A stretch of DNA of 64,000 bases from Felis catus (GCF_018350175.1 NC_058368.1:43278001-43342000); one strand, 5' to 3'; shown: positions 1-12,730, counted from the first letter of the stretch. The notes: generated from the letters alone by a model not told the origin. Program-made: numbers and translations.

Positions 1-43
1 TGCATGAAAAAGTAATATAGTATAAATGCAATTAAAAATGAAA

Positions 44-168
44 CTAAGTAACATGTTTAAATGTATTCCAATGCTTAGAGACTTTAGAGATTTCAAGATA
101 AAGGTCTGTGTTCATTAGACAACATATGAAATTCTCCATCCAGTTTGGGCATCCCATTTTATGGCATC
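44..168 (-). pseudogene. Candidate last exon remnant, (R)CHKMGCPNWMENFICCLMNTDLYLEISKVSKHWNTFKHVT*
   Basis: ataaag acceptor; open in phase 1, matching the preceding exon; ends TAG at 44-46. Confidence 0.3.
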
Positions 169-388
169 CTTTATATTCAAAATGTAATTAAAGGAAGGTG
201 CATAAATCATATGATTACTAGAAATTGTCACATGAAGAATTAGTAAACTGGAACACTTATCTTACAGAAGAAAATATTTAAAGCTATACAATATGTGTTA
301 ATAGAAGTAGATGCATAATTACTCTAGGGTTTATTAGAGGGGCAAAAGAGATTAAATAATAAGTTATTGAAAGGAAAATTTTGTTCAC

Positions 389-464
389 TTTTTATGAGAA
401 AGCATTGTCTAAAACTAAGTGTTGTACAACAGTGGAATTGCCAATTTCTTGCAGTGGCATTTTC
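389..464 (-). pseudogene. Candidate exon remnant ENATARNWQFHCCTTLSFRQCFLIK (76 nt, phase 0 to 1)
   Basis: cacttaaag acceptor, gtgaac donor, open frame, phases fit neighbours. Confidence 0.35.
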
Positions 465-580
465 CTTTAAGTGAATATATTCAAGGAAAAACTGGGGTGT
501 TAAGGGATTCTGTTTGGGTAGGAAATTAAGTTGACAGCTAAATTTCAAGTCTCAACTCTATTAATAATCTTTGAGTGAAA

Positions 581-789
581 AAAATTTAAATGTTCATCTA
601 TTTATTATTGAGAGAGAGAGAGCATGAGTGGGGAAGGGGCAGAGAAAGACAGCAGGGCAGAGCATCCCAAAGAGGCTCCACGCTGTCAGCAAAGCCTGAT
701 GAGGGGTTTGAACTCGCCAACCGTGTGACCATGACCTGAGCCAAAACCAAGAGTCAGACGCTTAACCGACTGAGTCACCCAGGAGCCCC
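581..789 (-). mobile_element. Can-SINE (SINEC, tRNA-derived)
   Basis: Typical head/body/(CT)n/A-tail in reverse; TSD tgagtgaaa 572-580 and 790-798. Confidence 0.95.
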
Positions 790-1072
790 TGAGTGAAATT
801 TTGTTGTTAATAGTTTCCTTATACACAGGTCTAGACTTCATACCATATTCGTATGCATATAATAAATATATCATATTATTTTAACTATCTGTATATATAG
901 TATCTATCCATATAGGTACATAAATTCAGAAAAGTATGTAATTCATTTTGTATTTACAATTTATATAAATGTATCAACTCTAAATATACTTCGATATTTA
1001 TGATTTTAGTTATTTGTGGCATTTTTTTCTATTTAAACTGGGAACAGATTTCATTGTATTTGTATATCTCAC

Positions 1073-1211
1073 AGTTGAGTCATGTGAAGAAAAATGTGGA
1101 TAGGAAATCCCTCATAATTGCTTTTGAGATGTTGGATTCTCAAGTAGAGATGCATACAAGAGAAATGCAACTTCTGATTTCTTTCATTTGTAAAGGTTTA
1201 CTAACTTGATC
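1073..1211 (-). pseudogene. Exon remnant (R)IKLVNLYK*KKSEVAFLLYASLLENPTSQKQL*GISYPHFSSHDST (139 nt, phase 2 to 0)
   Basis: gacttcag acceptor, gtgaga donor; two TGA stops; phase matches the exon ending at 7525. Confidence 0.5.
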
Positions 1212-1248
1212 CTGAAGTCTATAAACCATTCATTAGTAGACTAGACTG

Positions 1249-1249
<1 letters not shown>

Positions 1250-1291
<42 letters not shown>
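1250..1291. repeat. (TA)n microsatellite
   Basis: Perfect TA run. Confidence 0.98.
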
Positions 1292-1292
<1 letters not shown>

Positions 1293-1396
1293 TTGAAGTT
1301 GCTTCAATATGAAAGATATATTATACTTAAATCGTGTTTCCAGCTGAATACAAAGAGCATAATAAGCTGAACTTTCATTTATTTATAATTTATTTT

Positions 1397-1590
1397 GGGG
1401 GAGCCTGGTTGGCTCAGTCGGTTGAGTGTGGGACACCTGTTTTCAGCTCAGGTCATGATCCCAGGGTCATGGGATCAAGTCCAGCATTGGGCTCCACACT
1501 GAACATGGAGCCAGCTTAAGATTCTCTCTCTCTCCCTCTGACCTCTCCCTTGCTCATGATCTCTCACTCTCTTTCAAATTAAAAAAAAAT
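1397..1590 (+). mobile_element. Can-SINE
   Basis: ggggagcctggttggctcagtcggttgag head, CT tract, A tail. Confidence 0.93.
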
Positions 1591-1599
1591 TAAGAGTAC

Positions 1600-1800
1600 A
1601 CTATATATTAATGTATATTAATTATATCATACACTATAATAATATATAATTGTATATTATATATTAGTGATATATATTAAATATAATTATTATATATAAT
1701 TATTGTATAATTACTTTTATTATACAATTATATTGCATTATGTATTAATAACTTATGTTAACATTATATATTAATAAATTACATATATACATATAATTTA
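1600..1800. repeat. AT-rich low-complexity tract
   Basis: Degenerate TATA/TAAT repeats. Confidence 0.85.
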
Positions 1801-1919
1801 TTTTAAGGTTTTTTAGCAAGATTTGCCCTGTGAATCATTTTTGTACAGTAGATACAGCTTTTAAAATTCAAGCATGCCTGAATTCAAATTAATTAAAATT
1901 GCTGAATTCTGCTTTGGCT

Positions 1920-2070
1920 TAAAAAATCACTTAAGTTTGTATGTTAGTTTCTTCATCTTTAATGAGCATAATATCTACATCACAGGGTTTCAGGTTAACT
2001 AAAGAAAAAAACTGAAGTGCTTAGCACAATGATTGTCATGGAACAGACCATCAATCGACATTTCATAAAT
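1920..2070 (+). mobile_element. MIR fragment
   Basis: agtttcttcatctttaatgagcataatatctacatcacagggtt...aagtgcttagcaca resembles MIR core/3' end. Confidence 0.65.
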
Positions 2071-4156
2071 GCCTTTCCTCTTAATTGTACTATGCTTTTA
2101 ATTATTTTATTCATGATTAAAGAATGCTTATCTGATTTTTAAAACTGCTTTGTCTTATTTTGACATATATTAAAGACAGACACATGGGTTAAAGTTATTA
2201 TGTATATCCTAATAAATGTTTTCATTCATAAAAATTGAAAATACTAAATTTAAAAATATTTTAAAAACTTATACTATGTAATTGTGAATTAAAGGAAGCC
2301 TTTTGGTTATTATACACTCAGATTCAGATTATTAATGTAACCTAAAGAAATATAATTTTTATTGTTGTATATCCTTCATTGGATAAGATACCACTATATG
2401 CGAATTAATAATATGATTTATTGTTTTGTTTTTTTCTCTAACATATTTTCATAGATTCACTTAAGATATGTACACCAATCTTTTTCCTCTAATATACCTT
2501 TCACTTATATTCACCTGACAATTGACAAACTTTGACAGTGGCCTGTGATAAAGCTAAGTGGATAAAGAAAAGAAGCAAATGATAACACAACCTCACAAAA
2601 TGTAACTGGATAGAAATTCATTGGTTCTGGAATTTAAGTTCTATCACTTATGTATTATGTCTCTTTAACAAAGGAAATTAGAAAATCTAGATTTAAACAG
2701 ACATCTGCTTAGTGTAAAATGATACTGTCAAAACCCTTTCTTGCTTTGAAGTAGCTTTTGATTTCTTTTTCTTGACCTGACATATATCTTACTTATTTAT
2801 TGCTTAGTATTTGTTTTCTAATCTATAATCAATCTACTTCATTGGTATGAGGCTATATATCTATAAGTATATAATGATATAATAGTTATAGCACATATCA
2901 AAGTAATGGGAGCATTTTATATTGCCTTTCCAATGAAAATAAAATAAGTCTTCAGTGAAAATGTTACTGGAGAGAGTAGGAAAATTATGCCAATTAGGAT
3001 TGCTTAATATTTTAGGTCATCATACAGAAAGTCTAGAGTAAATACGTTATGCGTTTTCAATACAAAAGTACTAGAACTTGCAAATTGTGCAAAGATTATG
3101 TTTCAGCTCATCTTATCATTTTGAAATATGTTTCTGTGTTGAAAACTTATTTCCAACTGTGATCATACTTATATGGCTTCAGTAAGTTGTTGAAAAAGCT
3201 TTCAGTGATTTTTTAATTGTTTATATCACTGTGAAACATTCAATTATATTTCCCTGTATTTCACCCTATTAAGGTATATCCTGTTTGAAATGATAAAAAA
3301 CTAAGTTATTACTGAGGGCATGTGATTGCAAGTGAAAATTCTGGATATGGAGAGGTGGAATTATTTGTAAAGAGACTGGTTAGCTCTAGAATTGAAGGGA
3401 TAAAAGAGGATACAGGTATAGAAAATAAATGGTAAAGAGAAGATGAAAAAAGGAGATAGTATAAGTATAAAACCCACCCTAGGTCTTGCAGATTTTTTTG
3501 GCTAAGATATTGCCAGGTGCTCTATAGTCAGTCATCACCCTGACATCACCACTAAGCTCCTGCACATACTGCTTTGGGACAATGGGGAATAATTTGGCCA
3601 ATGATGTCTTTTCATCTTTCCCTATGGATTAAAAGTTCAAAGCTTTGATTGTTCAAGTTTAGGTCATGTTCAAGGTTTAAGTCTGTGTAAGCATTCCAGA
3701 CTGAGATGTGAGAGTCTGCACAACAGGGCATTCCCCCAAATTAGGATGCCTGTTCATGCTCAGAGGTATGTCATAAAGATAGAGATTTATAAGTCCAAGC
3801 ATTTTTTTCTTCCCTTATTTGTTTTTTTCTATGAATACAGGCTCATTATACTATAGAGAACTAGGAAACAGAAAATTACAAAGAAAAAAATGTAAGAAAT
3901 TCAAAACTTAACTGCAAACTAAACACAACTATTAATATTCTATTTTCTTTCTAATTTTTATTTTCTTTCTGGTCCTTTTCTTATTTGCAAGAATATGTGT
4001 GTATGCATTGCACGTACCCATATGTACATACCTACAAGTCACACTTTTTAAAAAAATTAGATCCTGCATAAATAGATTAAATTCTGTAGCTTGTTTAACT
4101 CAAGATTTCATCAAGAACAGTGGAAGTTATTTTAAAACAAATTTATTTTTTAATAG

Positions 4157-4326
4157 TTTTTAAAAAGTGTTTATTTATTTTGAAAGAGAGAGAGGGAGAG
4201 TGCACAAGTTGGGGTGGGGTAGAGACAGACAGAGAGAGAATCCCAGGCAGGCTCTGCACTGACTTTGTAGAGCCCATGTGACTCAAATTGAGAGTCAGAC
4301 ACTTAACCTACTGAGCCTCTCAGCGC
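4157..4326 (-). mobile_element. Can-SINE with internal deletion
   Basis: Reverse SINE body and tail. Confidence 0.88.
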
Positions 4327-4424
4327 TGTGTGAAACATAATTTCTATGTTGCATAACATTCAATTCTACAAATGTATCACCATGTGCTTAAATAGTCCTT
4401 TAGTTTAATATATAAGCTATTCTC

Positions 4425-4640
4425 GGGGCGCCTAGGTAGCTCAGCCGGTTAAGCCTCCGACTTCAGCTCAGGTCATGATCTTGCAGTTCACGAGTTTGAG
4501 GCCCATGTCGGGCTCTGCACTGACAGATCAGAGCCTGGGGCCTGCTTCAGATTCTGTGTCTCCCTGTCTCTTTGTCCCTTCCCCGCTCACACTCTGGCTC
4601 TGTCTCTCTCTCCGAAAAATAAACAATAATACTTAAAAAA
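4425..4640 (+). mobile_element. Can-SINE (feline type)
   Basis: ggggcgcctaggtagctcagccggttaag head, A tail, imperfect TSD. Confidence 0.95.
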
Positions 4641-4835
4641 TATATGTAGCTCTTCTCTTTGTTGTTGTTGTTGTTATAAACAATGAAAAAATAGACATCT
4701 TTTCTCAAAGATTTTATTTGCAATTTCTTTCTTTTTTTTTTTTTTCAGGATAGATTTCCTCAGAAGGAAGTTATTTTAAGGATAGAACTTTTAAAATTCC
4801 TACAATATATTCATGTTGTTTTCAAAAAAGAATAT

Positions 4836-5471
4836 TGTCACAGACTTTGAGTCTGGAGTTCTCTCTTGTCCAGCAAGAAAGCAGATGCAGAATTAAGTGT
4901 GAGACAGGCTAATGTCCAGGAGGAGACAAGGGTTCTTGCTCCGTTTTTATTAGGATCAGAAGGCTTACAAACATGAAGGATGTGCAGAAGGAGACAATGA
5001 AACACTGAACATTAACTCATATGTGTGAGAGAAAGGGGGTTTCAAAGATATGCAGTGTTAGGGGTTTGGATCAATATAAAACAAAATTGTGGTGCCAAGC
5101 AGCAGGTTGTTTGTGGCTAGGGCATAAGACAGAGCATGCTACCTCAGGGTCAACAAGACACCTTTCTTTTGCTAATTATTCCTTTGGGGGCAATTTCACC
5201 CTGCTGTAGTGGTCTCTAGCCCTGTTTACCTGTTTACCTATTCTGGACCTTCTGTCCTGTGAAAGCAGCTTTCTGCTTTTGTTCTATGCTGGGGGTGCTT
5301 TCTCCCTGTTTACCTAACCTGGATGCTTTCATCTTGTGGCTTCCCATTCCTACGCTTTTGTACTATGCTGGGGGTGCTTTTTCCTGGTTTACCAAACCTC
5401 AGATGCTTTCATCCTAAACCTTGTTAACCCATTGGTGCAAGCTCAAGGAATTCCTAAACTTATTCCCCACA
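4836..5471 (-). mobile_element. Solo ERV LTR (636 bp), 6-bp TSD, probably class II/ERVK-like
   Basis: TG...CA termini; TSD gaatat 4830-4835 and 5472-5477; internal direct repeat; termini homologous to the LTR at 59010. Confidence 0.88.
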
Positions 5472-5629
5472 GAATATCAGTATTATAAAATAATGGCATT
5501 TTTAAACTGTTACTTAATGATAACACTGTTGAGAATATTTCCTTATAGAAGAAAATAATGTACTCTTTCATTTTGCTTTAGTTTGACCATTTGTGTAGTT
5601 AATGTGTTTATTTTATACATACGTATTAC

Positions 5630-6480
5630 ACGTGTTAAGAGTGTGCTAAGTATTGTGGGTACATTAGTAAAAAAGAGACTAAACTGATTCCTTCTCTGTC
5701 ATAGCTTACAGTATAGAAGAAGAAACTCTCATGAAGTGATTCAAAGTCAGTTTTTTAAGAGCTATGAAGTGTAGATGATACTATGGGATGACATAATATG
5801 AGCAGCAGAGCCAAAGCTGAGAGAGTCACTAATGCTTCCCAGAAGAAAGGACATCTATAACCTGAGAGTTCAGTAACTATACAAATAAAAGGGAGAATGG
5901 AAAATGTATTCCAGAAAGTGGGGAAACAGCATTACAGGTTATAAAATTATATGAATTACAAAAGTTTGGAAACAGGAAAATAAAATATCAGGAACTTAGT
6001 TATTTAGAAAGTTTACAATGTAGAATATAAAGGGTTGTGGCCCAATATAAGTCTGAAGGAATAAGTAAGAGCAAAATAATATAAAGCTACAAAGTATAAA
6101 TAATAAGCTAACCTAAGGAACTGAAACTTTGTTCTCACAGCAATGAAGATACATTGAAATTATTTATTTTTTTACAGTGGAGAATGCCATAATAATATTT
6201 GTAGATTAGGAAAACCATTCTTTCTACATATCTTTTGAAAGAGTTCTATGGAGATAGAGGAAGGAGGCCATGGTAATAATCTTGATGAGAGATAAGAATA
6301 AGAATAACAACAACAACAACAACAACAAAAACAACAACAACAACAACACTTGGAACAGGTAAATGGAAAGAAGTAAATATTTCCAAAGATAATTTTGATG
6401 GATTTTTTATTGGGATGTGAGTGGGAAAGAGAAAAGGAAGAGGGATCAAATATTATAAATAATTCAGTTCAGAGCACAAT
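5630..6480 (-). mobile_element. L2 LINE fragment, containing (CAA)n at ~6306-6348
   Basis: Degenerate purine-rich L2 3' region (gtgctaagtattgtgggtaca..., gaaacttt...caatgaagatacattgaa). Confidence 0.65.
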
Positions 6481-6566
6481 TTGAATTGTCTTATCTTACC
6501 TTTGAATTGTCTTATCTTTAGGATACCTAAGAGGATATGCAAAGTAGGCAGCTAGCATATTTACTC

Positions 6567-6958
6567 TGCTATGAACTGTTTACCTGTTGTGCACAAAATT
6601 CATATGTTGAAGTTCTAACCCCAACATGACTATAGTTGGAGATAGACTTCTGGAGGTACTTAATGTTAAATGAGGTCACAAAGGTAAGGTCCTAATCTAA
6701 TGGGACTGGTGGGTTCATAAAAAGAGGAAAAGATCTCTCTTCCTCTCTCTCCATCTCTGTCTCTCCATGTGCATGCATGAAGTAAAGGCCAGGAGAACAC
6801 CCGGAAAGTGGCCATTTGCAAGCCAGAAAAAGAGTCCTCACCAGGACCTGGCCCTGTGAGAACCCTGGTCTTGGACCTCCAGTGTTTAGAATTGTGAGAA
6901 AGCAAATTTCTATGTCTAAGTAACAATATTGTAAAATGGCAACCGAAGATACAATACA
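6567..6958 (+). mobile_element. MaLR LTR, MLT1A-like
   Basis: tgctatg...aaattcatatgttgaagttctaacccc...aataca. Confidence 0.85.
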
Positions 6959-7457
6959 CTCTATATCTCAGAGGAGATGACTACATGAACACAGAGAAAA
7001 GAGGCATTGCAACAGAAGCACCACCATGTACCTAGATATTGTGAATAGACTTACCAGTCTTTGTTTTTAAAATTTTTCCTATTACGTCTAGTCATGTCTA
7101 TTTTCTTTCTGGTTAAGTTTTAAAGGTTCTCCTATCTATGTATACCAGATCTTTGTGTATTGAGAATATCAACTCTAACTCTTTCTCATTGTTGCCATTG
7201 TGTTTCATTAATAGTGGTTGATTTTCCATGATTGTCAAACTGACATTTAGAGAGGTGAATCAATCAACCATATAGTACATCCAGTCTCCAAATTTGGTAG
7301 AATTTTTCACATTTTTTAATATCTCCATTTCATACTTAAAATGATTCTGCTTTGTGTAAACGTATATATGTAAAGGCTTTAGGAGAGATGTATGTTGGGT
7401 TATTTTCTCATCACCTAGCAAAAAAAAAAAAATCTCAGCAGTGGATTAGATGAGGTG

Positions 7458-7504
7458 TGCTGCTTAGCAACACTCTTCCATATATACTGTGTTGCTTAGC
7501 AGCA
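7458..7504. promoter_or_regulatory. Two RFX X-box-like motifs forming a 16-bp inverted repeat
   Basis: tgctgcttagcaacac (7458-7473) and gtgttgcttagcagca (7489-7504), 15/16 complementary, 15-nt spacer. Confidence 0.5.
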
Positions 7505-7524
7505 AACTTTCAATAACGTGCTAC

Positions 7525-8110
7525 CTTGAATTGGTATAAGTTCTATCTTCCCTGAGTAGAGAAATGTACTGCTCCTTGGATCCAGTATCCTCAATAGTGG
7601 GATTATGAATTCTGGACAGGGCAGCAAACTAACATTCCCAGTTTGTTTTGGACCCTATATTCAGAAGGCTATCTCTTTAAACAAATTTTCTTGACCTACC
7701 AGAGGCCTCAGGGTGAATTTGCAAAAAAAGACTACTGTCTTTCAAAGAAACTCATATTTTATCGACCTTATCATACATCAGGATTACTGGAGTTAGCATA
7801 TCTCTGGAATCCATAACCAAAGAGAATTTTTTAACCCTAAGTTGTACTGTTCTTATGTCTCCTTTACTACATCATACAATTTTTTCAAGAAAACAATTTG
7901 TTACAGTGATGAACTATCCGATAATAATGCATTACTTGGCAAGACGAGAGGAGCAAGCCGTCCACTGATTTCAATTCACTGGTGTTTGTTTTTATTGGTT
8001 TCTTTCTTCTGTAAATCTTAATGTGTTTATAGTAATTTCTTGGCCTCATTTGCATTGGAAATGTTACCAAAGAGACCAAGTGTTTAACATCTTGATGGAA
8101 ATATTACCTC
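7525..8110 (-). pseudogene. Large exon remnant (or two exons) encoding a GREB1-like C-terminus: ...ELKSVDGLLLSSCQ.../FLKKLY.../RDSLL.../FLYSGK
   Basis: ttttag acceptor at 8111-8112, AG|gtagca donor at 7523-7524; GLLLSSC at 7959-7939 resembles GREB1 GLLLYLC; several stops and frameshifts; alternative acceptor at 7837-7838. Confidence 0.6.
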
Positions 8111-8384
8111 CTAAAAATCCAGCATTGCGGTTTTATTATGTCTATTTAAATATGAACTTAGTATAAAAGAAAGCATAGGATATTACAGGGATGTAAATGT
8201 TTTCTAAGTAAGAATAGGTGTTCAAGATAGGTGACTTAAAGACTGGGTGCTTGACTCCACTGATTCCTTTTATTTCTCTTTGAAGTTTATCTTGAATGGG
8301 AATACATCATTTAAAACTAGCAAAATAGACAAAAATCATAAAGTTAACTTATTAACTAAGAAAACCTTTTCAAAAAGAGTAAGT

Positions 8385-8600
8385 GCCACTTATGTGAGAT
8401 ACCAAGAAAAGTAACATTCATGGAGACATGAAGTAGAATGGTGGTTTTCAGGGGGTAGGGGAGTGAGTTATTGACTAATGGATATGGAAGATGAAAAAAG
8501 TTACGAATATTGTTAGTGGCAATGGTTGCATAATAATGTGAATGTACTTAATAGTTAAAATAGTCAATTTTATGTCAGCGTAATAAAAAATTAAAAATAA
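8385..8600 (+). mobile_element. Old L1 (L1MA/MB-type) 3' end fragment
   Basis: gtagaatggtggtt...ggttgcataataatgtgaatgtacttaat. Confidence 0.75.
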
Positions 8601-8768
8601 GTCACATATATAAAAATCATATATATATTATTGAACCAAATGAGCATATATTTTAAATTTATTATTTGTTGTAAAAAAAAAAAGAACAGGAAATATTTAG
8701 AAATAATAATGATTTAAAATTATATTATTGAGAAAATAATCTTATGGATTATAAAATTATATTCATTT

Positions 8769-8985
8769 TGGGGCACCTGGGTGGCTCAGTTGGTTGGGCA
8801 TCTGACTTCAGCTCAGGTCATGATCTCACGGCTTATGAGTTCAAGCCCCACGTCAGGCTCTGTGCTGACATCTCAGAGCCTGGAGCCTGCTTCAGATTCT
8901 GTGTCTCCCTCTCTCTCTCTCTGCCCCTTCCCTGCTTACTCTCTGTCTCTCAAAGATACATAAAGACATTAAAAATATTTTTTTA
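8769..8985 (+). mobile_element. Can-SINE
   Basis: Canonical head and tail; TSD approx aaaattat(a/g)ttcatttt. Confidence 0.95.
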
Positions 8986-9766
8986 AAAATTATGTTCATT
9001 TTTAAGATAAAACAATAGAGATACACACAGGTACTATTACTTGTCCCAAATCACAGGGTAAGAAAGTGACAGAGCTCAGAGGCTAACTATAGTATTTATA
9101 TTATCAACCATTGGGCTACATTGTTCTCATGGAGATAACTTCTATTAAGAGTTTATTACGTAATATTATGTGTTATTATGTTTACATGTATTGTTTGCTA
9201 CTGACTAACAATAACAACTGTTATATAAGTATATTAATCCATTAATCCGTAGATCAATCTAATGAGGATTAAATAACATTATAAATGTTAAAATATTAGC
9301 TTACTTTCAGACACAGTAGACACTAAATATATACTATCATCCATATAATTTTTAGTTGCATAGTCTCACTGTCATTTCTAGAAAATATTCTATTGGCCAT
9401 ATTCTAACATTACTGTCAATAATTGAGAAAAAATGTATTATTTTAATCCTATGAATATTAATTTCTTTTGGTAAATCTCCTCACTTTGTTCTCAGTTTAA
9501 CTTTCATCTTCCATATTCTTTTTGTTTTATTCTCAGTCATTGATACCTAGGGAATTATCTATCCTAATAATTTTCATGTAGATTTCATTAATATAGTAAC
9601 TTTAATTTATTGATACATTTTTATGCATCAGAACAAATCACTGGGGAAGATACTTTGAGTAGAATGGTTAAAAGTCTGTTCATACTACATGTAGAGGCAA
9701 TGAATGTTACATTTAAATTATAAAATTTTAAGTAGAATTGAAATACTAAATAAGCAGCATGGTTAC

Positions 9767-9814
9767 TCTCTTTCCAGTTGTCAGCTATTATGTTATAAAG
9801 ATAAGAAGTTTGTC
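9767..9814 (-). pseudogene. Small exon remnant QTSYLYNIIADNWKE (48 nt, phase 1 to 1)
   Basis: cctgcatag acceptor, gtaacc donor, open frame. Confidence 0.4.
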
Positions 9815-10144
9815 CTATGCAGGACGCAACCAATTTTAAGTCAAAGTTAGAAAAAATAGTACACATTCATGAGCATACTAACTAAGCAATCATGATTTAT
9901 ATGCCTACTTTAGATATGGGGGGGGGGTGGATAGCCTCCATTTAAACAAGCTAGCTTTATAGTTAAAAGGTAGAAACTATTAGGCCCATTTTCTCTCATA
10001 ACTCCTCAAAAGAACAAAACTAAAAAAGGAACCGAAATAGAATTCGTATTAAGTACAGGCATTTTAGGATTATCACCAAATAAATGCATATTCTTTGAAA
10101 AAAAAAACTCATTCTTTCAGTTCACGTTAAAAATCACAAGACAT

Positions 10145-10361
10145 GGGGTGCCTGGGTGGCTCAGTCGGTTAAGCGTCCGACTTTGGCTCAGTTCATGATC
10201 TCACAGTCTATGAGTTCGAGCCCCACGTCAGACTCTGTGTTGACAGCTCAGAACCTGGAGCCTGCTTCCGATTCTGTGTCTCCATCTCTCTCTGACCCTC
10301 CCCCCATTCGTGCTCTGTCTCTCTCTGTCTCAAAAATAAATAAACGTTAAAAAAAATTTAA
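10145..10361 (+). mobile_element. Can-SINE
   Basis: TSD aaaaatcacaagac on both sides. Confidence 0.96.
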
Positions 10362-10707
10362 AAAAATCACAAGACTTATAGAATGAATGGATTTACAAGT
10401 TTACCCTTCAAAAGCTAACTGCAACTATAACCAAAATAACAATACCTATACAAATACTAACAAGGCTAAGTGTTCTCTACTATTTACACCTAGAATCATG
10501 TTCAGTCCATCCTATACTGACTTTCTTCAATCTAGCTTATGCAATCTTTATACTCTTATTCTCCTCCAAAACACTCAGCTTAAATTGTTCACACACATTT
10601 TTTTAAGGATTTTAGCTAATGAATTCAGTTGCTTTCTTTTCATTATAAAAGGGTTATAAAATTTAAATATTTTGTCCAGAGAAAATAATTTGATACAAGA
10701 AAGTGTT

Positions 10708-10925
10708 GGGCACCTGGGCGACTCAGTTGGTTAAGCATCCGACTTCCTTTGGCTCAGGTCATGATCTCATGGTTGGTGGGTTCCAGCCCTGCATTAGGCT
10801 CTGTGCTGACAGCTTAGAGCCTGGAGCCTGCTTCCTGATTCCCTTTCTCCCTTTCTCTCTGCCCCTCCTCTGCTGGTGCTCTCTCTCTGTCTCTCAAAAA
10901 TAAATAAATGTTAAAAAAAATTTTT
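10708..10925 (+). mobile_element. Can-SINE
   Basis: Canonical structure. Confidence 0.94.
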
Positions 10926-11715
10926 AAGGTGTTGAAATTTATCCCAGGCAGCCAATAACAGTGTATTATGATATTAGTTATATTACAGCAAAAACAAAAA
11001 CAAAAACAAACTTTTGAATACAGTAGAGAACTACTTCCTTAGAATTCTTCAAATGAAAATCAAATGACTGAGAAACTAAAAGACAAAGAGAGTTTTGTTT
11101 TGGTTTAGCTCCAGACCTAACCCTCATCTAATCCTTTAATGCAAGATTTAAAAGCACAGATAATTTTTTTTTGTTTTTTCTTCTTTTTTTACATGGCATA
11201 AAATACAGATATGATCTGGTGAAAATAAGTTTTCTATTCAGAATCTAAAACAGTAAAATTTCATAGCTCTTATTAATATTATCAGAAAGATGTACTCATA
11301 CTATGCATAGTTTCTGTACATATTTTTGAGTTTTAACACATCTCGGGACAACATTGCTATTTATGTTATCTTGGGGTCATTTGACTATGAATCTATGCTT
11401 TTCAGTTCATATTATATAGCATTATGCCATGTTATATATATTTTTCATTACATGTAGTTCAAAAGGTTTTCAATTTTGTGAAACATCAGAGCACAAAATA
11501 GAAATGGTTCAACATGTTTTTAAAGTACAATCAGATTTGAGATGACGTGATCATGTAGATATGGCTGAAAGTTGGGGGAATTTCTAGACTAACTAATGGT
11601 CAGTCCTATTCTGGCTTTAACGAAACTTCTTTATGGAAGCTTTCCATAATCACCCACTCTGTTGCTCTCCCCTCTAACCTACGACTGTGTATCATATTAG
11701 CCTGTTGATTTTCTT

Positions 11716-12220
11716 TTTTTTGTGTGTGTGTGTGTGTGGCTGATTATTTTCTTTTTTTTTTCTTTTTTTCTTTTTTTTTATTTTTTATTTTTTTATTTTT
11801 TTATATATATAAATGAAATTTATTGACAAATTGGTTTCCATACAACACCCAGTGCTCATCCCAAAAGGTGCCCTCCTCAATACCCATCACCCACCCTCTC
11901 CTCCCTCCCACCCCCCATCAACCCTCAGTTTGTTCTCAGTTTTTAACAGTCTCTTATGCTTTGGCTCTCTCCCACTCTAACCTGTTTTTTTTTTTCCTTC
12001 CCCTCGCCCATGGGTTCCTGTTAAGTTTCTCAGGATCCACATAAGAGTGAAACCATATGGTATCTGTCTTTCTCTGTATGGCTTATTTCACTTAGCATCA
12101 CACTCTCCAGTTCCATCCACGTTGCTACAAAAGGCCATATTTCATTTTTTCTCATTGCCACGTAATATTCCATTGTGTATATAAACCACAATTTCTTTAT
12201 CCATTCATCAGTTGATGGAC
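11716..12220 (-). mobile_element. 5'-truncated felid L1 3' end inserted in an L2 3' fragment
   Basis: L1 3'UTR; TSD agcctgtt(g/t)attttctt 11699-11715 and 12221-12237. Confidence 0.93.
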
Positions 12221-12730
12221 AGCCTGTTTATTTTCTTAAGAAAATATGTCAGTAATTTAAATTATGTTATTAATTTGTATATGATGTCTGTTTCCCTCAA
12301 TATAATGTAAACTGTAATACACAAGCAAGATCTTGTTTCTTTTTTTTATCCACTTCATCCTGACCTATAAGAGCTCCTACCTGGGGAGCTCATAAATACT
12401 ATGAATGAATAAATAAATGAGTAAATGAATATCATCACTATCATCACTTATTTTTCTTGTATTATAACTTTGTGAAATTATGTAAGTGGTGGGCACAATA
12501 AACATTGGCTACTTCACTTCTATTTATGTTTCACTGCTTAAATGTGATTATCTGAAATGACATATAAACTTTCTAGATACAAAAATTTGAAAAAATAACC
12601 CCTTTTTTTCTAATCTAATTCCTCATATGTAAAAGCTACTTAAAACAAAGACTCTGAAAAATGTGAAATCATGACATTCACTCAAGAAAATAACACCTTA
12701 ATAAATCCTAAAACAGTCACATATCCTTAC

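Noticed and set aside
1000..1209. Plus-strand 69-aa ORF / exon-like 1075-1195 (LSHVKKNVDRKSLIIAFEMLD..)
   Set aside because: Weak gtttac donor; the minus strand has better splice sites and fits the fossil exon chain, so this is probably an antisense shadow
2515..2605. Possible extra minus-strand exon ending CAG|gtgaat
   Set aside because: Several competing acceptors; not required by the phase chain; cannot be supported
4720..4780. Strong polypyrimidine+CAG acceptor on the plus strand
   Set aside because: Context resembles decayed antisense L1 (ggatagatttcct..agaag); no coherent exon or donor
6480..6518. 18-bp direct duplication (also ~24-bp at 15201/15239 and 12-bp at ~51447)
   Set aside because: Ordinary slippage duplications
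8744..10903. Recurring MAQSVK/SSSPTSGSVL-type ORFs and tRNA-like heads
   Set aside because: Can-SINE-derived; not genes or functional tRNAs
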